A stretch of DNA of 64,000 nucleotides. Origin: Candidatus Tayloriibacteriota bacterium (GTDB taxonomy: Bacteria > Patescibacteriota > Minisyncoccia > Phycocordibacterales > PALSA-1337). The position numbers and the translations under genes are program-made. This document shows, piece after piece, positions 26,995 through 35,901 of this stretch (positions are counted from its first letter, which is position 1; every line of letters begins with the position of its first letter). Under the pieces are notes generated by a model. It did no database searches, was not told the origin of the DNA, and worked only from the letters and a program-made list of their open reading frames with translations. The stretch covers positions 6,703 through 70,702 of the forward strand of contig CAIMDI010000010.1 of the NCBI GenBank assembly GCA_903839695.1, read 5' to 3'.

Positions 26995-27690
26995 ATGCCC
27001 GATTATTTAAAATTCTCTGAAAAATTAAATGTAAAATTTAATGATATAAGTCTCCTCAAAAGAGCTTGTACACATCGTTCATATTTAAATGAAAATAAAT
27101 CAGCAGGTTTAGAGCACAATGAAAGATTAGAATTTCTTGGAGATGCAGTTTTGGAATTGGTTGTAACTAGTTTTCTTTTTAGAAAATACCCAGGTAAAAA
27201 CGAAGGAGATTTAACATCTTACAGATCAGCACTTGTAAATACACATAGTTTGTCAAAAGTAGCACTTCATATAGGTGTTGATGAATATATTTTATTGTCA
27301 AAAGGAGAATCCAGAGATACAGGAAGGGCAAGGTCAATTATTCACGCAGATACCATAGAGGCTATTATTGGTTCAGTATATTTGGATCAAGGTTATGATG
27401 CCGCAGCCAATTTTATTTCTGAACAATTATTAGAGGTAATAGACATAGATGATATTGTAGAAAATAAAACATGGTTAGATGCAAAAAGCCGATTTCAAGA
27501 AAAAGCGCAAGAGATGACAGGACTAACTCCATCATATAAAACTGTAAAAGAAACAGGACCAGATCATAGCAAAATATTCACATTGGGTGTATTCATAGGT
27601 GACACACAAGTCGCTCTCGGCTCAGGAATGTCAAAACAAGAAGCAGAGCAAAAAGCTGCAGAAAAAGCATTGGAAGTGAAGGGATGGTAA
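26995..27690 (+). CDS. rnc: ribonuclease III
   Basis: ERLEFLGDAVLELVVTSFLF signature. C-terminal dsRBD (..GPDHSKIFTLGVFIGDTQVALGSGMSKQEAEQKAAEKAL). Confidence 0.9.
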   Translation: MPDYLKFSEKLNVKFNDISLLKRACTHRSYLNENKSAGLEHNERLEFLGDAVLELVVTSFLFRKYPGKNEGDLTSYRSALVNTHSLSKVALHIGVDEYILLSKGESRDTGRARSIIHADTIEAIIGSVYLDQGYDAAANFISEQLLEVIDIDDIVENKTWLDAKSRFQEKAQEMTGLTPSYKTVKETGPDHSKIFTLGVFIGDTQVALGSGMSKQEAEQKAAEKALEVKGW

Positions 27691-27723
27691 ATACTAAATA
27701 ATTATAGTGAAATTGAGAGGCTA

Positions 27724-27779
27724 TTATGTTAAAATACTCTTATGTATCTCAAGTCATTAGAGATTTCAGGATTTAAATC
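27724..27779 (+). repeat. diverged direct-repeat copy A (~84% identical) of the smc promoter plus first 13 codons
   Basis: ttatgttaaaatactcttATGTATCTCAAGTCATTAGAGATTTCAGGATTTAAATC aligns with 29073..29128 at 47 of 56 positions. Confidence 0.7.
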
Positions 27780-27798
27780 TCTAATTAATCACAGTTAA
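27742..27798 (+). pseudogene. remnant 5' fragment of smc (MYLKSLEISGFKS + 5 aa, then stop)
   Basis: Its 13 codons encode the same peptide as the smc start at 29091. It terminates at TAA 27796-27798. Confidence 0.6.
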
Positions 27799-27807
27799 AT
27801 TTTGCAT

Positions 27808-27870
27808 AATTCACTGAATTTGGTATAATTTGGTGAATATGTTCACTGAATTAGTATAAAAATAGTGAAT
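27808..27870 (+). promoter_or_regulatory. extended -10 (TGGTATAAT, 27821-27829) embedded in repeated TTCACTGAATT motifs and a GTGAA-N4-TTCAC palindrome, upstream of the DUF4143 ATPase gene
   Basis: Two direct copies of TTCACTGAATT (27810-27820, 27842-27852) and an inverted partial copy AGTGAAT (27864-27870). The palindrome spans 27833-27846. Confidence 0.35.
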
Positions 27871-27883
27871 CTATTAAAATAAC

Positions 27884-29020
27884 ATGAAAATACATAGATA
27901 TTTAAAGGATAGGCTGGTAGCCAGTCTAGGCAAAAAAAAGATACTTATTGTGTATGGTCCTCGACAAGTTGGTAAAACTACACTAGTAAAAGAATTTCTA
28001 ATCGATAATGCCAATAGTGTTTATTATAATTGTGATCAAGACGAGACTCGTATTCTTTTTGAAGAAGCAAATCTAGAGAAGCTTGGATTTTTGGTAAAAA
28101 AATACGATACTATCGTTATAGATGAAGCCCAAAAGGTAAAAAATATCGGTTTATCTTTAAAGATCATTTTTGATAATTTCCCAGATAAAAATTATATAGT
28201 TACAGGATCTTCATCTTTTGATCTCGCAGAGTCTGTGTCCGAGCCACTTACTGGTAGATTTTTCTCATACACGATGTTCCCAGTTGCAGAAGTAGAATTA
28301 TCTAGGGACAAAAATCCTATTGAAATTAGAGAATCACTCGAGACTCGTTTGATATATGGTTCATATCCAGAAGTTATTACTGCACCCGATATTGAAACAA
28401 AAAAAGAAATAATAAAAAATATTACATCAAATTATTTATTTAAAGATATTCTAGCTTTAGATATAATACGAAATTCAGATGATTTGAAAAAGTTATTGCA
28501 AGCATTAGCTCTACAGAGTGGTAATGAAGTCTCTTATACAGAACTTGCACAGACACTAGGTATTGATAAAAATACTGTAAAAAAATATCTAGAAATTTGT
28601 GAAAAGCTTTATATATTATTTTCATTATCACCTTATGCATCAAAAAAGCGTAAATCAATATCAATGCTTAAAAAGTATTATTTTTTTGATCTTGGTATTA
28701 GAAATGCTCTAATAAATAATTTTAATTCACTTTCAACTAGGAATGATACTGGGGCACTTTGGGAAAATTATATGATTCTGGAAAGGATGAAGTATAACTC
28801 CGCAAGAGGTTTTGATCCTATATATTATTTCTTTCGTTCATACGATATGCAGGAGATAGATTTGTTTGAAGATGAGGGAGGTGTGATAAATGGATTTGAG
28901 TTCAAATTTACTAAAGGTAATATAAGTCGTACCATGAAGGATATATTTGATAATGATATAGAAGGTAAGGAATTAAAGATTATTAGTAGGGATAACTACT
29001 CAGAGTTTATTGGAGGGTAA
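27884..29020 (+). CDS. AAA+ ATPase of the AAA_14/DUF4143 family
   Basis: Walker A GPRQVGKTTL, Walker B IVIDEAQ. The C-terminal half has the typical DUF4143 layout. Confidence 0.75.
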   Translation: MKIHRYLKDRLVASLGKKKILIVYGPRQVGKTTLVKEFLIDNANSVYYNCDQDETRILFEEANLEKLGFLVKKYDTIVIDEAQKVKNIGLSLKIIFDNFPDKNYIVTGSSSFDLAESVSEPLTGRFFSYTMFPVAEVELSRDKNPIEIRESLETRLIYGSYPEVITAPDIETKKEIIKNITSNYLFKDILALDIIRNSDDLKKLLQALALQSGNEVSYTELAQTLGIDKNTVKKYLEICEKLYILFSLSPYASKKRKSISMLKKYYFFDLGIRNALINNFNSLSTRNDTGALWENYMILERMKYNSARGFDPIYYFFRSYDMQEIDLFEDEGGVINGFEFKFTKGNISRTMKDIFDNDIEGKELKIISRDNYSEFIGG

Positions 29021-29072
29021 TTCCTATTTTAGTTGTTTAACTTTATTACTTTAATTCATAAATTTTACGAAT

Positions 29073-29128
29073 TTATGCTAAAATATACGCATGTATTTGA
29101 AGTCATTAGAGATTTCTGGATTTAAGTC
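29073..29128 (+). repeat. direct-repeat copy B: the native smc promoter (-10 TGCTAAAAT) plus the smc start
   Basis: Partner of 27724..27779. Confidence 0.7.
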
Positions 29129-31298
29129 CTTTGCTAAAAAGGCTACTTTAAATTTTACTTCACCGATTTCTTCTATAGTTGGTCCTAATGGCTCCGGCAA
29201 ATCAAATGTTGCTGAAGCTTTTCGTTTTGTCCTTGGTGAACAATCCATAAAATCTATGCGTGGAAAAAGAGGTGAAGATTTGATATTTAATGGAGGTGGA
29301 GATGGCGCAAGGGTTAATCGTGCTGGAGTAAAAGTTATTTTTGATAATTCAAAGAGAATGCTAAATGTTGACTTTGATGAAGTTGCTATTGAGCGTGTCG
29401 TGCACAGAGATAATTCAAATGAATATTTTATCAATGGCTCTCCAGTAAGATTGAGAGATATTGTGGAACTTTTAGCTCATGCACATATTGGTGCTTCTGG
29501 TCATCATATTATTTCTCAAGGAGAAGCTGATAGAATACTAAATGCTAATATTCGTGAGCGAAGGGAAATGATAGAAGATGCTTTAGGATTAAAGATTTAT
29601 CAATATAAAAAAGCTGAAAGTCAAAGAAAACTTGAAAAAACAGAAGAAAATATGAAATCTGTTGAGTCTTTAAGACGTGAAATTGCACCGCATTTAAAAT
29701 TTCTAAAAAAACAAGTTGAAAAAGTAGAAAAAGTTCAACAATTGAGAGAAGAATTAAGAAATTTATATAAAGAATATTTTAAAAGAGAAGAAACATATTT
29801 AAAAGATGAAAGAAAAAAGATTGATAATGAAAAAGATCCTTTAGTAAAGGAATTAGCACAACTTGATATTGAAATAGCTGAAGCAAGAAATATTCTTGAA
29901 AATTCAAAAAATCGTGATTCCAAAAGCGATGAGCTTATAAACTTAGAAGGATCATTGTATAAGATTAGAATTGAAAAGGATTCTGTTATGAGGGAAGTAG
30001 GAAAAATTGAAGGAGAAATATCATCAGGAAATCGTACTATTTCTAAAGAAAAGGAAAAGCAAGCGAGAGATGAATTTAAGACTATATATTTAAAGGACGT
30101 TGAGGAAATTGTAAATAGAGTTAGTTTAATAGACAGTTTAGATGAGATTAGGCAGATATTGTCTAGATTTATTTCTTCGCATAAAAATAAGGAGGACTCT
30201 GCTTTAATTGCTGAAATCGAAAAGGAAATTTCTGAATTAAAAAATAAAAAGAAAGATTTTGAAAATAATTTGATTAGAATTACTGATGAAGAAAAAGCTA
30301 GAACACTAGAGTACAATGAATTGCGTCAAAAAATCGAAAGAGAAAAGGATTCAAATAGAGATGCAGAAAAAAATGTATTTAGAATAATTGCTAGACAAAA
30401 TGAAGTTAGAGGAGTGTTAAATGGAGCTAGAACACGTGAAGAAAAGTTAATGTTTGAAGAAGAAGCTCATAAAAGAGAAATGCAAGAAGCATATGCTATT
30501 GTAGGTCGCGAAGCCTTGGATAATAAGGATCTTATCTTGTCTGATGAACCTCGTCCTTTACAATACGATAGATTAAAAAATATTGAAAAAATTAAAGTTC
30601 GTATTGAGGACTCTGGCGCAGGGAATAGTTTTGATATTTTAAAAGAGTATAAAGAAGTTGAGGAAAGAGATATTTTTCTTGCAAAGGAAATTCAAGATCT
30701 CGAAGTATCCAAAGTAAATTTAAATAATATGATTTCTGATTTAGATGCACGTATAGATATTGAATTTAAAGAAGGAATACTAAAAATTAATGCACAATTT
30801 CAACAATATTTTTCTCTGATGTTTGGTGGAGGTAATGCTGGATTAAATGTTATTAGAGAAAAAAAGAGATTGAAAAAATCTGACACCGATCTTTCGGCTG
30901 TACTTGCTGATAATGTTGAAAATATAATTGAAAATGAAGGTGAAGAGGGAATTGAAATAAATGTAAGTTTACCTAGAAAAAAGGTAAAGGGTCTCATGAT
31001 GCTTTCAGGAGGCGAAAGAGCACTTACCTCTATCGCTTTGCTTTTCGCTATTTCTCAAGTAAATCCACAACCTTTTATTATTCTTGATGAAACTGATGCT
31101 GCATTAGATGAGGCAAATTCTAGAAAATACGGTGATATGATTGCCAATCTATCGCAATATTCTCAATTAATACTTATTACTCACAATCGCGAGACAATGT
31201 CACGTGCAGGAGTATTGTACGGAGTAACAATGGGCGGAGATGGTGCTTCAAAATTATTATCAATTCAATTTGAAGAAGCTGTTCAAGTAGCAAAATAA
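29091..31298 (+). CDS. smc: SMC-family chromosome-segregation ATPase, unusually short (735 aa) with no recognisable hinge
   Basis: SMC head N-terminus MYLKSLEISGFKSFAKKATLNF..GPNGSGKSNVAEAFRFVLGEQS. SMC head C-terminus LSGGERALTSIALLFAISQ..FIILDETDAALDEANSRKYGDMI..ITHNRETMSRAGVLYGVTM. The middle ~430 aa are coiled-coil-like with no GxxG hinge motifs. Confidence 0.75.
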   Translation: MYLKSLEISGFKSFAKKATLNFTSPISSIVGPNGSGKSNVAEAFRFVLGEQSIKSMRGKRGEDLIFNGGGDGARVNRAGVKVIFDNSKRMLNVDFDEVAIERVVHRDNSNEYFINGSPVRLRDIVELLAHAHIGASGHHIISQGEADRILNANIRERREMIEDALGLKIYQYKKAESQRKLEKTEENMKSVESLRREIAPHLKFLKKQVEKVEKVQQLREELRNLYKEYFKREETYLKDERKKIDNEKDPLVKELAQLDIEIAEARNILENSKNRDSKSDELINLEGSLYKIRIEKDSVMREVGKIEGEISSGNRTISKEKEKQARDEFKTIYLKDVEEIVNRVSLIDSLDEIRQILSRFISSHKNKEDSALIAEIEKEISELKNKKKDFENNLIRITDEEKARTLEYNELRQKIEREKDSNRDAEKNVFRIIARQNEVRGVLNGARTREEKLMFEEEAHKREMQEAYAIVGREALDNKDLILSDEPRPLQYDRLKNIEKIKVRIEDSGAGNSFDILKEYKEVEERDIFLAKEIQDLEVSKVNLNNMISDLDARIDIEFKEGILKINAQFQQYFSLMFGGGNAGLNVIREKKRLKKSDTDLSAVLADNVENIIENEGEEGIEINVSLPRKKVKGLMMLSGGERALTSIALLFAISQVNPQPFIILDETDAALDEANSRKYGDMIANLSQYSQLILITHNRETMSRAGVLYGVTMGGDGASKLLSIQFEEAVQVAK

Positions 31299-31325
31299 AA
31301 GTAAAAATTTATATTATTTTATATG

Positions 31326-33290
31326 CTAATTAACTTTTGCAAAATCAAGAGTTTTTTTGTCTAAATCTGCGGACATTACTTTAAATTTGATAGCATCACC
31401 TAAAGTAAATTTATTTTTTGTTTTCTGACCAACTATAGAATATGTTTTACTGTTAAATTCGTAATAATCGTCACCAATATCGCGGATTTTTATCATTCCT
31501 TCAGATTTTGTTTCATTTTCTTCTACATATAATCCCCATTCAGTAACTCCAGATATTTTACCTTCAAAAACTTGACCAACTTTATCAGACATATATTCAA
31601 CTTGTTTCAATTTCTTTGATTCTCTTTCAGCAATAGAAGCATCAATTTCTCTCGCTGTAGACTTTTCTGCTATGTTTTGGAATTGTACTATTTCGGTATC
31701 TCCAAAGGGTTCATTATGCAAATGTCTTTGAAGAATTCTTTGAATTAGTAAATCAGGATATCTTCTTATTGGAGATGTAAAATGAGTGTAATATTCAAAA
31801 GCTAAGCCGAAATGGCCTATGTTTTTCGTTGAATAAACAGCTTTTTGCATAGATCTTATAACTGCTGTGCTAATTAATGCCTCATGAACAGTGCCTGAGA
31901 TTTGCTTTAATAGGGATTTTATATCATGTGCAGTAACTTTTCCATTTTTTGTTTCCAATTTGTATCCGAGAGCTTTTACGAAATTTGATAAATCTAACAT
32001 TCTTTCTTGATCAGGAATATCATGTATTCTGTAAATCGAACCCGTGTCTTTTTTGCCTTTCTTTTTTATGGAGTCAAAAATATGTTTGGCAACTTCGCGA
32101 TTTGCTAAAAGCATGTATTCTTCAACAAGTTTGTGTGTATCAAGTCTCGGTTTTTTGTAAACACCTACAGGCTTGCCGTTTTCATCTAGTTTAAATTTGA
32201 TTTCTTCTTGCTCAAATTCTATTGCACCTTTTCTAAATTTTTCTTTTTGAAGATTTTTGGCAATGTAATTTAACTTATCTAGCTCGGTAAAATATTGACC
32301 AGATTTTGTATTTAATGAATCTTGAGCGTCTTCATAAGTAAATCTATGATTTGAATTGATAATTGATTTACCAAAGCCTCTTTCTATTACATGGCCACTA
32401 TTATTCATTGTAAACCAAGCTGAAAAGGTTAATTTGTCTTCATTTGGGTTTAAACTGCAGACGTCATTTGATAATACTTCAGGAAGCATGGGTATAGTGC
32501 GATCCACTAGATAAATTGAGCAACCTCGTTTAAAGGCTTCTTTGTCTAAAGCTGATCCTTCCTTTACATAATGACTAACATCAGCAATATGTACGCCAAT
32601 TTCATATTTACCTCCTTCTAATACTTTAAATGAAATCGCATCGTCAAAATCCTTGGCATCAAATGGGTCGATTGTAAAAGTAAGTGTATTTCTAAAGTCC
32701 TTTCTTTTTGGTATTTCAGACTCGATATCAGAAATTTTATTTCTACTAATTTCGCTGGCTTCATTTTCAACTGATACAGGGAAGTCAATTTCAAATCCTT
32801 TTTCCAGAACTATACTTTCCATTTCAGCATTATTATTTCCTTTTTTACCAATTACTTTTATTAATTTTCCTGTTGGATTTTTCTTTGAATCAGTCCATTC
32901 ATTCATTTTTACAAAGACTTTATCACCAATAGATATTTTGTTTATATCGCTTTGCTCTAAAACAATAGATGCATAAGCCTTTTTGTCATCTGGGTATGCT
33001 GTCAAAACTCCTTCACGACTATCTATAGTACAAACAAAAGTATCGCGATTTCTTTCAACTACTTTTATTACTTCTGCAGACAACTGACCATATGAATTTT
33101 TCTTACCAATTTTAATTTCAACCGTATCACCATTTAATGCTGTATTTAGAAAACCAACATCTATCATAATGTCCTTTTCTGTGTTTTTGGGGTCTTTAAC
33201 AAAGCCCATACCCTTACGATTGGTCATTATAATTCCAATCAATGTATTGGCCCCTGTTTTTTGCTTTTTCATTCGAATACTATAACCCAT
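31326..33290 (-). CDS. rnr: ribonuclease R (RNB-family 3'-5' exoribonuclease)
   Basis: Cold-shock/OB N-terminus. RNB motif IDPFDAKDFDDAIS. C-terminal S1 domain VGQVFEGKISGVTEWGLYV. The start was set to the internal Met (MGYSIR), because the upstream ORF extension overlaps rpsP. Confidence 0.8.
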   Translation of the reverse strand: MGYSIRMKKQKTGANTLIGIIMTNRKGMGFVKDPKNTEKDIMIDVGFLNTALNGDTVEIKIGKKNSYGQLSAEVIKVVERNRDTFVCTIDSREGVLTAYPDDKKAYASIVLEQSDINKISIGDKVFVKMNEWTDSKKNPTGKLIKVIGKKGNNNAEMESIVLEKGFEIDFPVSVENEASEISRNKISDIESEIPKRKDFRNTLTFTIDPFDAKDFDDAISFKVLEGGKYEIGVHIADVSHYVKEGSALDKEAFKRGCSIYLVDRTIPMLPEVLSNDVCSLNPNEDKLTFSAWFTMNNSGHVIERGFGKSIINSNHRFTYEDAQDSLNTKSGQYFTELDKLNYIAKNLQKEKFRKGAIEFEQEEIKFKLDENGKPVGVYKKPRLDTHKLVEEYMLLANREVAKHIFDSIKKKGKKDTGSIYRIHDIPDQERMLDLSNFVKALGYKLETKNGKVTAHDIKSLLKQISGTVHEALISTAVIRSMQKAVYSTKNIGHFGLAFEYYTHFTSPIRRYPDLLIQRILQRHLHNEPFGDTEIVQFQNIAEKSTAREIDASIAERESKKLKQVEYMSDKVGQVFEGKISGVTEWGLYVEENETKSEGMIKIRDIGDDYYEFNSKTYSIVGQKTKNKFTLGDAIKFKVMSADLDKKTLDFAKVN

Positions 33291-33330
33291 ATTGCCTTTT
33301 TTTAATAGGTCTGGTAGTATAGCCCCTATG

Positions 33331-33699
33331 TTAATGATTCGATTACAACGAGTAGGAAGAAAGCACGAACCAGTTTTTCGTCTTGTTTTGACTGACTCAA
33401 AAAATGGTCCAAAGAGTGGTAAATATCTAGAAGTACTAGGTTCATATGATCCACGCTTAGATAATAAGATTGAGAATTTCAATATTCCTAAAATAAAGCT
33501 ACATATATCAAATGGTGCTAAACTTTCAAATACCGTTTTCAATTTCCTAGTAACAAAGAAAATCCTTGAAGGAAAAAAGATCAACGCTTTACCAAAAAGA
33601 ACACCTATCAAAAAAGAAGAAGCTAAAGTAGAAGAAAAAAAGGCAGTAGAAGCTCCCGTAGTGGATTCAACTCCAGTAGAAGCTCCAGTTCAAGCATAG
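33331..33699 (+). CDS. rpsP: 30S ribosomal protein S16 (with an A/P/E/K-rich C-terminal extension)
   Basis: MLMIRLQRVGRKHEPVFRLVLTDSKNGPKSGKYLEVLGSYDP. The start was taken at the internal Met. Confidence 0.85.
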   Translation, partial: LMIRLQRVGRKHEPVFRLVLTDSKNGPKSGKYLEVLGSYDPRLDNKIENFNIPKIKLHISNGAKLSNTVFNFLVTKKILEGKKINALPKRTPIKKEEAKVEEKKAVEAPVVDSTPVEAPVQA

Positions 33700-33809
33700 T
33701 ATTTTAAGAAAATACACTTAACTGTGCAAAACTCATTTTGATTCTTTAACTCATCACGGTACAATATGTATCGTAGTTGTTTGATTATAAGATAATAAGT
33801 AAAACAGAT

Positions 33810-34136
33810 ATGAACAGTAATAATGATCAGCAGTTTCTAGAGTTTGTGGTTAAGTCATTGGTAGAAAATCCAAATGACGTAAAAATCGCAAGAACCGTAG
33901 ATGAGATGGGCGTTCTAATGACATTATCAGTAAATGCAGCAGATATGGGTAAAGTTATCGGTAGAGCAGGAAATACTGCAAAAGCTATCAGAACTTTACT
34001 AAGAGTTGTTGGAATGAAAAATAACTCTAGAGTTAATCTAAAGATTAACGAACCAGAGGGAGGATTGAAGTCAGTACCTATGGTAGAAAAAGCTTCAAAA
34101 ACAGTAGATGAAGCGATGGCAGATTTAAAGATTTAA
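33810..34136 (+). CDS. KH-domain RNA-binding protein (the UPF0109 family, usually found between rpsP and trmD)
   Basis: FLEFVVKSLVENPNDVKI...MGKVIGRAGNTAKAIRTLL (GxxG KH motif). Conserved position in the rpsP cluster. Confidence 0.7.
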   Translation: MNSNNDQQFLEFVVKSLVENPNDVKIARTVDEMGVLMTLSVNAADMGKVIGRAGNTAKAIRTLLRVVGMKNNSRVNLKINEPEGGLKSVPMVEKASKTVDEAMADLKI

Positions 34137-34202
34137 TTTTAAAAGTGACAATCTTAAAAAAACGTGATAATATAAAATCACGTTTTTTTAATTAGCAAAT
34201 CA

Positions 34203-34874
34203 ATGAATTATCATATTATTTCACTATTTCCGCAATCTTTTGATTCATATATTTCTGAATCTATTCTTAAGCGTGCACAAGAGAATAAAAAAATAAAAAT
34301 TAAATTCTATAATCCTCGTGATTTCACAATCGCTTCAGGCAAAGGGAAAAAACAAAGTTACTCTGATCGTCGTGTAGACGATAAACCTTATGGTGGCGGA
34401 CCCGGTATGGTCATAGAGGCCCTTCCTGTGATAAAAGCCATTGCAAAAGCAGTAGGTAAAAAATCAAATAAAAAGAAGGTTAAAATTGTGTGGTTTACGC
34501 CTTCAGGGAAACAATTTGATACAACTTATGCAAAGGAATTGGCTGTAAAATATACTGATATTGTATTTGTATGCGGTCGCTATGAAGGTATAGATGCCAG
34601 AGTTAAATCTGCTTTTAAAATGGATGAAATATCTATTGGCCCTTTTATTCTTACTGGAGGGGAATTGCCTGCTATGTTATTGATTGATTCTATTTCAAGA
34701 CAAATTTCTGGAGTATTAGGTGACAACACCTCTCTCGAAGAAAATCGTATTGCTTGTTCAGATGTATATACACGTCCAGAAGTAGTAGAATATAAAGGAA
34801 AGAAATATAAAGTACCAAAAGTCCTTCTTTCTGGTAATCACAAACTCATTGATGAATGGAAAAAAAATAAATAA
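34203..34874 (+). CDS. trmD: tRNA (guanine37-N1)-methyltransferase
   Basis: MNYHIISLFPQSF N-terminus of the SPOUT fold. DDKPYGGGPGMV and GRYEGIDARV motifs. Confidence 0.9.
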   Translation: MNYHIISLFPQSFDSYISESILKRAQENKKIKIKFYNPRDFTIASGKGKKQSYSDRRVDDKPYGGGPGMVIEALPVIKAIAKAVGKKSNKKKVKIVWFTPSGKQFDTTYAKELAVKYTDIVFVCGRYEGIDARVKSAFKMDEISIGPFILTGGELPAMLLIDSISRQISGVLGDNTSLEENRIACSDVYTRPEVVEYKGKKYKVPKVLLSGNHKLIDEWKKNK

Positions 34875-35847
34875 TAAGATAATAATATTAAGTATTTTAT
34901 CTATACTACTTATATTATTTATATTATTTTTTGCAAAAAATAATCCTAAAGTTATTTCTATTGAAAATACAAAAATATATCCAGAAAAAGAAATAATCAA
35001 AAAAGTAAAAACTGAAAGTGTTAAAATAATTATTGTTGGAGACATGATGCTCGATAGAAATGTCAGAAATATCATAAACAAAAAAGGATTCGATTACTTC
35101 TTTTCTGGTGTAAAGGATATTATAAATAATGCTGATATTGCAGTGGCAAATCTTGAAGGGCCTTTCACAGACAATCCCTCAAAGACAAATATTCCACATA
35201 GTAAAAGTCTACAATTTACATTTGATACAAAATTAGCTAAGGAATTGGCAGATTTTGGCTTTGATATTCTTGGTCTTTCCAATAATCATACAAAAAACTT
35301 TGGAAATGAAGGTTTTGAAATGACAAAAAAAGTAATAAGTAGTTCCAGTATGCTTTATTATGGAGATCCAGATAATAAAAGTGAAAATAGTGTAATAATT
35401 GAAAAAAATAACATTAAAATTGGTTTTGTTGGTTTTCATGAATTTACTTATGTAAATTTTGATAAAGTAATTTCTGAAATTAAAGCAATTAGAGAAAAAG
35501 TAGATGTACTTATCGTTACTCCACATTGGGGTGTCGAATACAATAGTCAACCAACAGAAAAGCAAATCAAATTAGCAAAAGAATTCATAGATAATGGTGC
35601 AGATATCGTAGTTGGCACACATTCACATATTATAGGAGATATTGGAGAGTATAATAATAAAAAAATATATTATTCACTAGGGAACTTTGCATTTGATCAA
35701 TATTTCTCGAAAGAAACAATGACAGGAATGGGACTACAAATAGAAGCTAAAAAGGGTGTAAATGGTATCGAGCTTGATTATAAGCAAATTCTATTTGAAA
35801 TTGATACTAAAGGAGTTCGTGCTGTAGACAAACAATATTCACTATAA
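34849..35847 (+). CDS. CapA/PGA_cap-family metallophosphatase-like protein (poly-gamma-glutamate synthesis protein CapA homologue), membrane anchored
   Basis: N-terminal TM. Motifs IIVGDMMLDRNV, VANLEGPFTD, LGLSNNHTKNFG, GADIVVGTHSHIIG. Confidence 0.7.
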   Translation: MMNGKKINNKIIILSILSILLILFILFFAKNNPKVISIENTKIYPEKEIIKKVKTESVKIIIVGDMMLDRNVRNIINKKGFDYFFSGVKDIINNADIAVANLEGPFTDNPSKTNIPHSKSLQFTFDTKLAKELADFGFDILGLSNNHTKNFGNEGFEMTKKVISSSSMLYYGDPDNKSENSVIIEKNNIKIGFVGFHEFTYVNFDKVISEIKAIREKVDVLIVTPHWGVEYNSQPTEKQIKLAKEFIDNGADIVVGTHSHIIGDIGEYNNKKIYYSLGNFAFDQYFSKETMTGMGLQIEAKKGVNGIELDYKQILFEIDTKGVRAVDKQYSL

Positions 35848-35901
35848 GCAATGGTAAAAATCATGTTATAATAATTAGCATATTATTAATAACATATTTA
35901 T

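Noticed and set aside
27833-27846. LexA/Cheo-box-like palindrome GTGAA-TATG-TTCAC upstream of the DUF4143 gene.
   Set aside because: The spacing and half-sites do not match the GAAC-N4-GTTC consensus. It is kept only as a generic operator-like palindrome.
29078-29434. A 118-aa minus-strand ORF overlapping the smc 5' end.
   Set aside because: It is antisense to the strongly conserved SMC Walker A region and has no features of its own.
33292-33330. The upstream extension of the rpsP ORF (TTG start at 33292).
   Set aside because: It encodes a non-conserved peptide and would overlap the rnr start codon. The S16 homology begins at the internal Met.
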